A stretch of DNA of 64,000 nt, taken from positions 1 through 64,000 of the forward strand of contig JBJKRI010000008.1 in assembly GCA_046704725.1 (NCBI GenBank). Reading direction: 5' to 3'. A model generated the notes under the pieces. That model was not told the DNA's origin, made no database searches, and saw nothing but the letters and a program-made list of their open reading frames with translations. This DNA is from Candidatus Woesearchaeota archaeon (GTDB lineage Archaea > Nanobdellota > Nanobdellia > Woesearchaeales > SKIA01). Of the stretch, positions 41,153 to 50,842 are shown piece by piece. The first letter of the stretch is position 1; every line of letters starts with the position of its first letter. Position numbers and translations under genes: made by a program.

Positions 41153-43304
41153 TGACAGGACCGTCAAGGTCCTCTGGGTGGCGTTCATCATCCTCGCGGC
41201 GGTCATCATGCTGCAGAACCTCATCATCCTGTTCGCCGTGCCGCCGCCCACAGCGACGCCGGCGGGCACCGCGACCGCGCGGGTCAACCTCTGCGTGGAC
41301 AATCCCCCGCACTGGCTCAACCCAGTCTCGTGCGCTGACGCGCACGCGCTGCAGGCATACAGCTGCGACGTGAGCGCGATCGACAACGACACCGGACAGG
41401 TGATCGTCGGGTACAACGCGACGCTCATCAATGGGCCGAGCGCCGGCGCCCCCTTGTTCGAGAACATCTCGCGCAACGGAACGCTAAGCTTCAACGCGAC
41501 GACCGGCCAGGTCGGCAACTACACGGTGTCCCTCGAGGCGACGGACAACGCAACGTGTCCCTTGTCGGGAAACACCACCTTCAATCTGACCATCCTTCCC
41601 GGGACGGGGCCGCCGATCCTCATCAAACCAATACCCAATAGCACGTGGCAGAAGAACACCATCCTCATCCCGTACAACCTCAACGACTATTTCGTGGATC
41701 CGGAAGGGGGGACGTTGCTGTTCAGGGCGGCGGGAAACACCAATATCAAGATATCCATCGCGGCCGACGGGACGGTGACCCTCCAGCCAGCGAACGGCTA
41801 CTGCGGGCAGGAGATCGTCTTGTACACCGCGACGAACTCCGTAGGCTCGACGAACAGCAACTTCGTCACGCTCAACGTGACCTGCCCGCAGCAGAGCAGC
41901 AGCAGCGGAGGGAGCACCTCTTCCGGAGGCGGCGGTGGAGGCGGCGGATACGCCTTGCCGCAGGCCACCTGCTCGCAGAGCTACTACTGCTACCCCTGGG
42001 ACACGTGCCAGTACACCAAGGCCGTGAGCGCGACGGGAGACAACTACACCGTGAACATCACCGGTGTGCAGGGAAGCCAAATCTACACCGTGGAGGGGCC
42101 GTTGCCGGTCAACACGAGCCTCTACTACACGGGCTACCAGTCACGCAAGTGCATCGATACCAACGAGTGCAAGCCCGGATACAATGTCTATGTGCGCAAC
42201 TGCAGCTACAAGCCGAGCTGCCATGACCATATCCAGAACCAGGACGAGACGGGTGTGGACTGCGGCGGCGTGTGCGGACCCTGCAACACCTGCACCGACG
42301 GAATCCAGGACGGCCAGGAGACTGGCGTTGATTGCGGCGGACCGTCGTGCAAGCCGTGCTACTCGTGCACGGACGGCAAGATGGATGGGAAAGAGCTCGG
42401 CGTGGACTGCGGCGGCCCGGACTGCCCCGCGTGCGCGACGTGCTTCGACGGCATACAGAACCAGGGAGAGACTGGCGTTGATTGCGGCGGGCCGTGCACG
42501 CCGTGCGCGCAGATGCAGACGCCGAAGGGGCAGAACGGCCTGACGCCCCTACAGGTCGCCTTGCTGTCGGCCATCGCGCTCTTGCTGCTCATCATCGGAG
42601 CCACCGTGCTCTTGCGACGCGCGCTGCAGGCGTGGCTGTCCGCGCTCGCGCTGCGCTACAAGAAGCGCAACAGGGTCACGCTCATCGACGCGGATACCCG
42701 CGAATCCCTGCTCTCGGAGCTCGCGGCGCTCGAGCGGACCATCGACGGGCGCGAACCCCTGCCGCGGCAGGCAGCGATCGGCGGACTGTTACGCAAATAC
42801 CTGCACGCCGCGCTCGGTGTCGAGACCGAGGCAGATAGTCAGGTGGTGGACGCCGCACTGACCACGCAGCATGTCAGAGAGGACCTGCGGAGCATCCTCG
42901 CGTCGCTGTATAGGCGCGTGTTCCAGACGGAGTTCACGGACGCTGCGCTCCCGCTCACGTTCCTGCACGCGCTGTTGCATGAGATGCGGTTCATCGTCTA
43001 TGAGACTGGCGTGACCACTCTGAGCGACGCGAAACGGATGCGGGACCAGGCAGCGTCTCTCCCGGCCGCGCCAGAGCGCGTCTCCTCCGAGGATGACATC
43101 TATTCCGCGCTCGGGCTTGGCGTCGAACGTCTCCGCTTCCGGCAGTTCCTGCTCTCCGAGCGGCTCTACGCGCAGATCGAAGCGGCGTACGGGGCTGCGG
43201 GCGAGGCCTCGAAGCGCCGCGTGTATCCTGATGCGGTGCGCTTCAACCGCGAGATGGCCTTCGCGTCGCGGCAGAGCAAGCGTCTGATAGAACGGCTTCA
43301 ATAA
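41142..43304 (+). CDS. Two-TM membrane protein with Ig/cadherin-like domains, poly-S/G linker, four Cys-rich C.DG.Q...E.GVDCGG.C repeats and a cytoplasmic helical C-terminus
   Basis: ATG 41142 with GGAGG SD; ATARVNLCV strand after the first TM; repeats at about 42218-42505. Confidence 0.8.
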   Translation: MRLDDRTVKVLWVAFIILAAVIMLQNLIILFAVPPPTATPAGTATARVNLCVDNPPHWLNPVSCADAHALQAYSCDVSAIDNDTGQVIVGYNATLINGPSAGAPLFENISRNGTLSFNATTGQVGNYTVSLEATDNATCPLSGNTTFNLTILPGTGPPILIKPIPNSTWQKNTILIPYNLNDYFVDPEGGTLLFRAAGNTNIKISIAADGTVTLQPANGYCGQEIVLYTATNSVGSTNSNFVTLNVTCPQQSSSSGGSTSSGGGGGGGGYALPQATCSQSYYCYPWDTCQYTKAVSATGDNYTVNITGVQGSQIYTVEGPLPVNTSLYYTGYQSRKCIDTNECKPGYNVYVRNCSYKPSCHDHIQNQDETGVDCGGVCGPCNTCTDGIQDGQETGVDCGGPSCKPCYSCTDGKMDGKELGVDCGGPDCPACATCFDGIQNQGETGVDCGGPCTPCAQMQTPKGQNGLTPLQVALLSAIALLLLIIGATVLLRRALQAWLSALALRYKKRNRVTLIDADTRESLLSELAALERTIDGREPLPRQAAIGGLLRKYLHAALGVETEADSQVVDAALTTQHVREDLRSILASLYRRVFQTEFTDAALPLTFLHALLHEMRFIVYETGVTTLSDAKRMRDQAASLPAAPERVSSEDDIYSALGLGVERLRFRQFLLSERLYAQIEAAYGAAGEASKRRVYPDAVRFNREMAFASRQSKRLIERLQ

Positions 43305-43307
43305 GAT

Positions 43308-43377
43308 ACATAAGTTATGTTACTTAGCTAAATAATTTGTAGTACGTATATTAGATTAATGTAGTAACGTATATAAA
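43308..43377 (+). promoter_or_regulatory. AT-rich promoter/operator: palindrome ACATAA-G-TTATGT, direct repeat TGTAGTA(A)CGTATAT x2 (43338, 43360), TATA box TATATAAA at 43370
   Basis: Motifs read directly from the sequence. Confidence 0.65.
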
Positions 43378-43392
43378 TAACCAATATTGTGG

Positions 43393-43518
43393 ATGACTGT
43401 GGGCCGTCTGCACATAGAGATACCTGAAGAGCTGCACAGGCGACTGAAGCTCCGGGCAGTGAAACAGGACACCTCCCTCAAGGATCTTGTCGTCGATCTC
43501 CTGGAGGAGGCCAAATGA
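43393..43518 (+). CDS. Ribbon-helix-helix (Arc/CopG-like) microprotein, 41 aa
   Basis: MTVGRLHIEIPEELHRRLKLRAVKQDTSLKDLVVDLLEEAK; below the ORF-track cutoff. Confidence 0.8.
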   Translation: MTVGRLHIEIPEELHRRLKLRAVKQDTSLKDLVVDLLEEAK

Positions 43519-43634
43519 CTCGCGTCAATATCCCTCTGCCTGACGCGCTGCACAAGCGGCTCCGTATCAAGGCCGCCACAGAAGGGAAGACGCTCAAGGA
43601 ACTGGTCATCGGCATCCTGGAGGAGAGGGCATGA
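43515..43634 (+). CDS. Second ribbon-helix-helix microprotein, 39 aa
   Basis: MTRVNIPLPDALHKRLRIKAATEGKTLKELVIGILEERA; GGAGG SD; ATGA overlaps at both ends. Confidence 0.8.
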   Translation: MTRVNIPLPDALHKRLRIKAATEGKTLKELVIGILEERA

Positions 43635-46600
43635 AGCGCGCGGTCCTACTGGTACTGCTGCTGGCCATCCCGCTCGCCGCGGCGCAGCTGCCGACCACAG
43701 TGACTGTCAGCCCGTCGGCGAACGCGACGACGACAAGCACCCTGCAATGCCTGGTGAATGCCACCGGAGGAGGGGCGCTCACCGCGAACGTGACCTGGTA
43801 CCTGAACGGCACGCTCCACGGAGCGGACGACCAGACACTCACATTGACGAGCGGCACGCAGAACGGAACCAATTCAACCGGCGATGTCAAGCCGTACGAG
43901 ACAGTGAAGGGAGAGCTCTGGACGTGCCAGGCGACCGTCACGAACGGTACGGACACGAACATCACGAACAGCTCCGCGATCACCATCGAGGACAGCCCCC
44001 CGATCGTGACGTACCCCATCGTTCAGCAGAACGCGACAGAAGACCACCCGTTCGGACCGATCACCGCAACGGCGTACGATCCTGACGGCGATCCGATAAC
44101 CTGGATATCGCAAGACCAATCGAAGGGACAGTATTCGGGAACGCAACTGTTCACGATACAGTCCGACGGGACCATCAGCTTCACCGCGGACCAGCCAGAG
44201 AACGGGAACCACAGCATGGCGCTCATCGCCACGGACGGGACCCTCTTCGGCGGTCGGGTGGTCGTCTTCGACCTGCTGCCGTTCGACGACCCGCCGATCC
44301 TCTCAGACATCCAGAACCAGACGGCGAACGTCACCATCCCATTCAGCCTTATCGTCAACGCGTCGGATGAGGAGAACGACACCCTCGCGTACAACATCAG
44401 CAGCGACATCCCATCGCTGAGCATCGCCCAAGTGGATAACACCCATGCGAATATCAGCTTCACTCCCACGTACGCGGAACTAGGGAACCACACCGTGACG
44501 GTCACCGTCTACGAGACGAAGAACGAGAGCAAGAACGACACGAAGACCTTCGTGATCGATGTGTACTCGAACAACAGGCCTCCAGCCATCGACACGATAC
44601 TGTACCAGAACACCAGCCAAGGCGGCGTCCTGAACCTCACAGTGAACGCCACGGACAACGACACGACAAACACGCTCAACTTCAGCGTGATCGGGAACTG
44701 CCCGATCACGAACCCCTGGACGATCACGACACTGAGCACCAACCATTCCGACGCCATCGGACAGATCTATGTCGCGAACGTGACGAACGACCAAGTCATC
44801 TGCCGAAACGTCACACTCATGGTCCGTGACTACGTGGGAACGACCCCGCTCACGAACGACACGCGAACGCTTGTGCTGAACATCACGAACGTCAACGACC
44901 CGCCGACGGTCCACGAGCTCTCGGGATACGCGGGGAACACGGAATCGCAGCAGAACATGAGTAACCTGACGGCGAGCACGGGACTGCCATTCGTCTACCA
45001 CGTCAACGCCACAGACCCCGACACGCTGACCTACGAAGGAGAGGTGCTCAACTACAGCGACAACACCACGCTGTTCACGATCAACAACTCCACAGGCCTC
45101 ATCAACTTCACGCCGAACCAGAGCGAGGTGGGAGACTATGCGATCAACATCACGGTGATGGACGACCAAGGACTGTGGGACAGCAGGAACCTGACCCTGC
45201 ACGTCGTGAACAATACCTTCCCGACACTGATCCCCGTACCGAACATGATGTGCCAAGAAGACGCGAACTGCAGCGTCTCGCTAGAGGCCTACGACCCAGA
45301 CCCGGGAGAGAACGAAACATTCACCGTCAGGAACGTGAACTACAGCACGAACAGCAACAGCACCGTCGACCCGACGTTCACGCTCATCAAGACCTCCTGG
45401 AACACCAGCACCGTCTGGAAGAACTTCACGAACAGCATGGTGGGCAACTACACCTACAATATCACCGTCTCGGACCATTACGGTGCGACCGACAGCCAAT
45501 TATGGAACCTGACCGTGAACAACACGAACGACCCGCCCACCTATGACGAGAACTTCACGTTGCCTTCACCCATCGTGGCGATGCATCCGATGACGCTCCT
45601 CGTGAACGCCTCGGACAAGGACTTCCTCAACGGGTTCGAGAACCTCACGCTGACCGTCCAGCTCAACGGACCGAACCCGAGCCTGCTCAACGTGACGAAG
45701 CTGTCGAGCATGCAATGGAAGGTCGTGGCGGATCCCAGCACCGGCGATATCGGGCAGTACAACGCGTCGTTCGTTGTGACGGACATCGCGGGAGCGAACG
45801 CGACCAGGAACCTCAGCTTCACCGTCTACAACAAGAGCCGCCCACCCGTCATCCTGACAGTATATCCGTTCTGGAACTCCTCGACCAACCAGACGCAGCT
45901 CTCCTTCGCGAACGCGAGCCCGTTCTCGGGATCCACGAGCATCAACAGCAGCGAAGCGTCCACGCTCCGGCTGAACCTCACCTATATGGATCCGGACACG
46001 GCGCTAGGGAACCTGACAGTGACATGGACAGGGGACAACAAGACGCTCAAGACCGTCGCGGGGACCTCGGACCCCGCGCTCACCCTCAACTATGGGTATT
46101 TCGACGCGGGGACGCACATCTACAAGGTCAACGTCAGCGATAACCGTTACGAGAGCGATACCTTTCAATGGAACGTCACGGTGGCCAACGTGAACCGCGC
46201 ACCCTATCTCGTGCACAACATCACCAACTTGACGATCAACCAGACGACGACCATCACGGATTACATGAACGCCTTCCTGGACCCCGATGACGACCTCAAC
46301 AGCAACGGTGTCCTCGACCCGAACGAGACCAATCACCTCACCTACACCTACTCGTCATCGCCGTACCTCAAGATATCGTTCATCTGGCCCAACACGACGC
46401 TCACGCCGCTCAAGACAGGGACAGCGCACATCGTGTACACCGCAACGGACTCTGGCGGACTGTCCGCGAAGAGCAACAACGTGACCTATACGGTCATCAT
46501 GCCGCCCCAGCAACAGCAACAGACGAGCTCATCGAGCAGCGGAGGCGGCGGCGGAGGAGGCGGGGCCAGCGTCTCGACACCCGTGCCCGTGCCGACCATA

Positions 46601-47272
46601 TCAAGCCCGAACAGCATCCAGATACTCAGCCCGAGCCCCGTGACGATCTACTACAACCAGACCATCGCGGCGCCGCTTACGGTGCGCAATCCCGGAGACA
46701 CGACATTGTATGGGGTGAAACTGTCGGCCACGGCGGCCGTCAAGAACGTGACCTTCGCGTTCAGCACGGACCAGTACGCCACGCTCGCGCCGCACGAGGA
46801 GCACAACCTCACGCTCTACATCTCCAACTACCGGTCGTCAGGGACATACGAGGTGAAGGTCCTCGCCCAGGCAGACCAGCCAAAGGTGAACGACAGCACA
46901 CTCATCTACGTCAACAGCATCGAGAAAGGCAGCGAAGGGAGCGCGGTGCAGACGCGCGTGACGTTCGCCAAGGACCTGGTCGCCTCGAACCCCGAGTGCA
47001 TCGAGCTCAACACGCTGGTGAAAGAGGCGCAGCGCGCCGTGGACACGGGGCAGATACAGGAGGCGGACAAGCTGCTCAACGCGGTCATCAACGGCTGCAG
47101 GTATCTCATCTCGACGAGCGGCGCGCGCCAGGAGACCCCCCAAGGGCTTGACCTGTCGTGGCTCGCGAACTTCCGCTACGCCAACGAAGTGCTCATCGGG
47201 CTTGTCGTGCTGCTCGGAGGGATCGCCGTGCTGCTCGTGATGCACTACCGAGAATCGACGCGAGAGGACTGA
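43631..47272 (+). CDS. Large surface protein with tandem cadherin/Ig-like domains, poly-S/G linker and C-terminal TM
   Basis: Signal peptide; repeated A.D.D...L and V.N.N.PP motifs; SSSSSGGGGGGGG; C-terminal TM. Confidence 0.85.
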   Translation: MKRAVLLVLLLAIPLAAAQLPTTVTVSPSANATTTSTLQCLVNATGGGALTANVTWYLNGTLHGADDQTLTLTSGTQNGTNSTGDVKPYETVKGELWTCQATVTNGTDTNITNSSAITIEDSPPIVTYPIVQQNATEDHPFGPITATAYDPDGDPITWISQDQSKGQYSGTQLFTIQSDGTISFTADQPENGNHSMALIATDGTLFGGRVVVFDLLPFDDPPILSDIQNQTANVTIPFSLIVNASDEENDTLAYNISSDIPSLSIAQVDNTHANISFTPTYAELGNHTVTVTVYETKNESKNDTKTFVIDVYSNNRPPAIDTILYQNTSQGGVLNLTVNATDNDTTNTLNFSVIGNCPITNPWTITTLSTNHSDAIGQIYVANVTNDQVICRNVTLMVRDYVGTTPLTNDTRTLVLNITNVNDPPTVHELSGYAGNTESQQNMSNLTASTGLPFVYHVNATDPDTLTYEGEVLNYSDNTTLFTINNSTGLINFTPNQSEVGDYAINITVMDDQGLWDSRNLTLHVVNNTFPTLIPVPNMMCQEDANCSVSLEAYDPDPGENETFTVRNVNYSTNSNSTVDPTFTLIKTSWNTSTVWKNFTNSMVGNYTYNITVSDHYGATDSQLWNLTVNNTNDPPTYDENFTLPSPIVAMHPMTLLVNASDKDFLNGFENLTLTVQLNGPNPSLLNVTKLSSMQWKVVADPSTGDIGQYNASFVVTDIAGANATRNLSFTVYNKSRPPVILTVYPFWNSSTNQTQLSFANASPFSGSTSINSSEASTLRLNLTYMDPDTALGNLTVTWTGDNKTLKTVAGTSDPALTLNYGYFDAGTHIYKVNVSDNRYESDTFQWNVTVANVNRAPYLVHNITNLTINQTTTITDYMNAFLDPDDDLNSNGVLDPNETNHLTYTYSSSPYLKISFIWPNTTLTPLKTGTAHIVYTATDSGGLSAKSNNVTYTVIMPPQQQQQTSSSSSGGGGGGGGASVSTPVPVPTISSPNSIQILSPSPVTIYYNQTIAAPLTVRNPGDTTLYGVKLSATAAVKNVTFAFSTDQYATLAPHEEHNLTLYISNYRSSGTYEVKVLAQADQPKVNDSTLIYVNSIEKGSEGSAVQTRVTFAKDLVASNPECIELNTLVKEAQRAVDTGQIQEADKLLNAVINGCRYLISTSGARQETPQGLDLSWLANFRYANEVLIGLVVLLGGIAVLLVMHYRESTRED

Positions 47273-47826
47273 GGCGACTGCACCTGCTTGTACAGCTCCT
47301 GCAACTCCTGCAGGTATTGCTTCTGCAGCGGAGCGCCCAGCTTCTGGAAGAGCTTGTGCGCCTTACGGTAGGCGGCACGGGCCTTCTCTATATCCTTGCC
47401 CTTGGCCGCGGCGAAACCAGTCTGCAAGGCGTGCTCGATCGTCTCCTCCTCATAGGAGGCGAGCTCGTCGGCCAGATCGCGGAAACGACGCAGGACGTCC
47501 TTGAGCGCGTCCTGTGGGACGTCCTTGCCGCTGTACTCGAGAGCTGAAAGCTCGCCGAGCAGCTCGCGCGCGTCCTTGCGCTGCTCCTCCGAGAACGCGA
47601 GGAAATCATGGTCAATGTTCTCGAGCTCGTCGATGATCTCTTCGTAGGTGGGCTCGTATTGCTTCTCGAGCAGATCGAGGAAGAACTCCCTGACGAGCCG
47701 GTAGAACTCCTGCACATCTACGTAGGGCTTCTGCAGGTGATAATCGATCTTCTTGTGCGTGCGCTCGCGCAAGGCAGCGAGCCGAGCCTCATGGGCGCGG
47801 CGCTTGGCCTCCTCACCTTTTTGCAT
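47245..47826 (-). CDS. Soluble helical protein resembling the cytoplasmic domain of 41142
   Basis: ATG 47826 about 25 bp from TTATAAA; LVREFF...YEPTYEEI...LEYS...AYRKAHKLF pattern. Confidence 0.65.
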   Translation of the reverse strand: MQKGEEAKRRAHEARLAALRERTHKKIDYHLQKPYVDVQEFYRLVREFFLDLLEKQYEPTYEEIIDELENIDHDFLAFSEEQRKDARELLGELSALEYSGKDVPQDALKDVLRRFRDLADELASYEEETIEHALQTGFAAAKGKDIEKARAAYRKAHKLFQKLGAPLQKQYLQELQELYKQVQSPQSSRVDSR

Positions 47827-47933
47827 CGCTTCCCTCAGCCGCAAAGCAGTTTATAAGGGCTTCGCCATCGAAGGTCTTCCCTACAGAGTGAAGCCAATTC
47901 TTTATAAGGGCCGGTGCGGGGTTCGAGAGTGAG

Positions 47934-48956
47934 ATGGCAGGAGACGTGATGCTGCAGCAGAAGCCAGACCCGGGCTTCGAGAAGCTCGTCAGCCATTATC
48001 AGGAGAGATTCACCGCGCTGCGCCAGGAGATGGCGAAAGTCGTGGTGGGACAGGACGAGATCATCACCCAGCTCATGCTCGGGCTCATCGCGAACGGGCA
48101 CGTCCTCGTGGAAGGCATCCCAGGGATCGCGAAGACATTGACGATCCGCGCGCTCGCTCGCGTCACGGGAGGGAACTTCTCGCGCGTCCAGTTCACTCCG
48201 GACCTCTTGCCGACAGACATCATTGGCATCACCGCCTACGAGGAAGGGCGCGGCTTCTACACGGTGAAAGGACCGGTCTTCAGCAACTTCATCCTCGCCG
48301 ACGAGATCAACAGGGCGCCGCCGAAAGTGCAAAGCGCACTGCTCGAGGCCATGCAGGAGAAGCAGGTCACCATCGGCAAGCAGACCTTCCCCCTGCCAAA
48401 GCCGTTCTTCGTCATGGCGACACAGAACCCCATCGAGAACCTCGGGACGTACCCGCTGCCCGAGGCGCAGGTGGACCGGTTCCTGCTCAAGCTCCTCATG
48501 ACGTACCCCACGCCGCAAGACGAGATACGCATCATGCACCAGAACATGACGTTGCAGCGCTTCGAGGACTTTCCCATCAGGCCAGTCTTCAACCCGAACG
48601 AGATCCTCAAGGCGCAAGAGGACGTCAAACGCGTCTTCCTCGACGAGAAGATCGAGCAGTACATCGTCCGGCTCACGGACTGCACGCGACACCCGGACAC
48701 GTACGACGTATCGCTCGGAAAGTACCTCGAGTACGGGGCGAGCCCGCGCGCGACCATCGCCTTGTTCATCAGCGCCAAAGCGCACGCGCTCATCAGCGGA
48801 CGCGCGTACGTCACGCCGCACGACGTGAAGGTCGTCGCGCCCGATGTCCTCCGGCACCGTCTCCTGCTCAACTACGAGGGACAAGCAGAGGGTGTGAGCA
48901 CGGACAAGGTGATTACGGAGATACTGGCGAAAGTCCCAATCGTGCCGACACAATGA
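47934..48956 (+). CDS. moxR: MoxR-family AAA+ ATPase
   Basis: GHVLVEGIPGIAKT, RVQFTPDLLPTD, DEINRAPPKVQSALLEAMQE, ATQNPIE, LPEAQVDRF, GASPRA. Confidence 0.95.
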   Translation: MAGDVMLQQKPDPGFEKLVSHYQERFTALRQEMAKVVVGQDEIITQLMLGLIANGHVLVEGIPGIAKTLTIRALARVTGGNFSRVQFTPDLLPTDIIGITAYEEGRGFYTVKGPVFSNFILADEINRAPPKVQSALLEAMQEKQVTIGKQTFPLPKPFFVMATQNPIENLGTYPLPEAQVDRFLLKLLMTYPTPQDEIRIMHQNMTLQRFEDFPIRPVFNPNEILKAQEDVKRVFLDEKIEQYIVRLTDCTRHPDTYDVSLGKYLEYGASPRATIALFISAKAHALISGRAYVTPHDVKVVAPDVLRHRLLLNYEGQAEGVSTDKVITEILAKVPIVPTQ

Positions 48957-49849
48957 TCAAGGAGTTCCATCCGTCCCTTCTGCCGCAGATACGGGAGCTC
49001 TCCATCAAGGCGAACAGGAAGTTCCTCGCTCGCACCTTGACAGGGAACTGGCTGTCGAGCCTCAAAGGGCGCGGCATGGAGTTCAGCGATTACCGCGCGT
49101 ACACGAGCGGGGACGACGCGAGCCTCATCGACTGGAAAGCCTCGCTTCGCGCACGAAAAATCCTCGTGAAAGAACTGACCGAGGAACGGAACCTGAACGT
49201 GTATATCCTCCTGGATGTGTCTAACAGCATGCTCTACGGCAGCGGAGAACTGCTCAAGGCGGAGTTCGCGGCGGAGGTGGTGAGCAGCCTTTCATTCGCG
49301 GCGTTGCACGCGGGGGACGCGGTCGCGCTGGCGATGTGCGCCGACACGATGAAGCATTACCTCCGGCCGTCCATCGGCATGCGCCAGCACAGCATCCTGC
49401 TCAACCTCATCGCGAACGGCGACAACTGGGGGGGAAAGTTCGACTTCGGAGCCGTCATGAACCAGCTCGTGAGCGTGACGCGCGGGCGAGGCGTCATCAT
49501 CATCGTCTCCGACTTCCTCGGCATGGAGGACCGCTGGCGCGGATACCTCGAGAGCGCCTCGGGACGCTTCCAGATGATCGGCGTGTGCATCAGGGACCCA
49601 CGCGACCGTCGTCTTCCAAAGCACGCCGGGGAATACGTGCTCGAGGACCCGTACTCGGACGAGAAGATCGTCATAGACTGCGCCGTGTACGCGGAGCCGT
49701 ACCGACGCTACGTCGAGGACGAGGAGGAGCGCATCCGCAGCGCCTTCCGGCAGGTGCGCGGCGATGTCATCTTCCTGGAGGTCGGGACGGATTTCGTGCG
49801 GCCATTGATGCGATTCTTCCACAAGCGGGAATTGCGGGTGGAGAACTGA
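48953..49849 (+). CDS. DUF58 domain protein
   Basis: GRGMEFSDYRAY..GDD...IDWKAS; LDVSNSM; SDF. Confidence 0.9.
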   Translation: MIKEFHPSLLPQIRELSIKANRKFLARTLTGNWLSSLKGRGMEFSDYRAYTSGDDASLIDWKASLRARKILVKELTEERNLNVYILLDVSNSMLYGSGELLKAEFAAEVVSSLSFAALHAGDAVALAMCADTMKHYLRPSIGMRQHSILLNLIANGDNWGGKFDFGAVMNQLVSVTRGRGVIIIVSDFLGMEDRWRGYLESASGRFQMIGVCIRDPRDRRLPKHAGEYVLEDPYSDEKIVIDCAVYAEPYRRYVEDEEERIRSAFRQVRGDVIFLEVGTDFVRPLMRFFHKRELRVEN

Positions 49850-50811
49850 TGATCATCCTGCGATTCACGCACCCCGAGTTCCTCGTGCTCCTGGTGGCTG
49901 TGCCGCTGCTCATCATCACGCACTACCTGCTGTTCCGATTCACCAAGCGTCGCGGGATGCACTTCAGCAACTTCGAGACGTTGCGGCGCGTGACAGGGAA
50001 GAAGGTATTGACGAGGAACACCGGGCAGCTGGTGCTGCGCGTGCTCGCCATAGCCGCTATCATCCTCGCGTTGGCACAACCGAACATCCTGTACACCGGG
50101 ACCGCGCAGAAGAGCGACTATGTGCTCGCCGTGGACACTTCAGGAAGCATGACCGCGAACGACCTGACGCCAAGCCGCTTCGAGGCCGCGCGCAGCGCCG
50201 CGCTCCGCTTCGTTGACGAGCTCAACGGCACGGCCAAGGTGGGCGTCATCGGCTTCTCGGGGACCGTGGAGGTCGGCCAGGTCCTGACGAGCGATATGGG
50301 GGCGGTGAAGGACGCGCTCCAGCAGATGGAGATACGCACCATCAGCGGGACGGATATCCCCGGAGCGATCATCACCGGTACGAACCTGCTGCTGGACAGC
50401 AATAAGGGACGTGTGCTGATACTGCTCACGGACGGTTCGAGCACGACGGGCGGATCGCAGGTGAATCCGGTGCAGAACGCGGTGGCCTACGCGGAGAAAC
50501 ACGATGTGGTCATCCACACGATCGGTGTAGGGAAGATGGGGAGCGTGCCGACGGGCTACCTACCGAAGATCTACAACGTCACGGCCGTGTACGACCCCAC
50601 AACACTCGAGTACATCGCCAACCAGACCGGCGGAAAATACATCCCCGCGCAGAACTCCTCGGCATTGAGCGCGGCGTACGATCGGTTATTGTCCCACGGA
50701 GAGAGCACGTTGCGGGACCAGAGCCTCTCGCTCGGGAGCCTGCTCGTCGGGTTGTTGCTGCTGTTCATCGAATGGGGCCTCTCGAACACCCGCTGGCGCT
50801 TGCTGCCGTAA
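49849..50811 (+). CDS. BatA-like vWA domain membrane protein
   Basis: F.HP N-terminal TM, LALAQP, MIDAS DTSGSM, LLTDG, IHTIGVG, IANQTGG, C-terminal TM EW. Confidence 0.9.
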   Translation: MIILRFTHPEFLVLLVAVPLLIITHYLLFRFTKRRGMHFSNFETLRRVTGKKVLTRNTGQLVLRVLAIAAIILALAQPNILYTGTAQKSDYVLAVDTSGSMTANDLTPSRFEAARSAALRFVDELNGTAKVGVIGFSGTVEVGQVLTSDMGAVKDALQQMEIRTISGTDIPGAIITGTNLLLDSNKGRVLILLTDGSSTTGGSQVNPVQNAVAYAEKHDVVIHTIGVGKMGSVPTGYLPKIYNVTAVYDPTTLEYIANQTGGKYIPAQNSSALSAAYDRLLSHGESTLRDQSLSLGSLLVGLLLLFIEWGLSNTRWRLLP

Positions 50812-50842
50812 GACTGATAAGGGGGAGTTCCGCACCAGCCGC

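Noticed and set aside
43393-43634. Toxin-antitoxin pair
   Set aside because: Both ORFs are RHH-like; no PIN, RelE or HicA toxin is adjacent.
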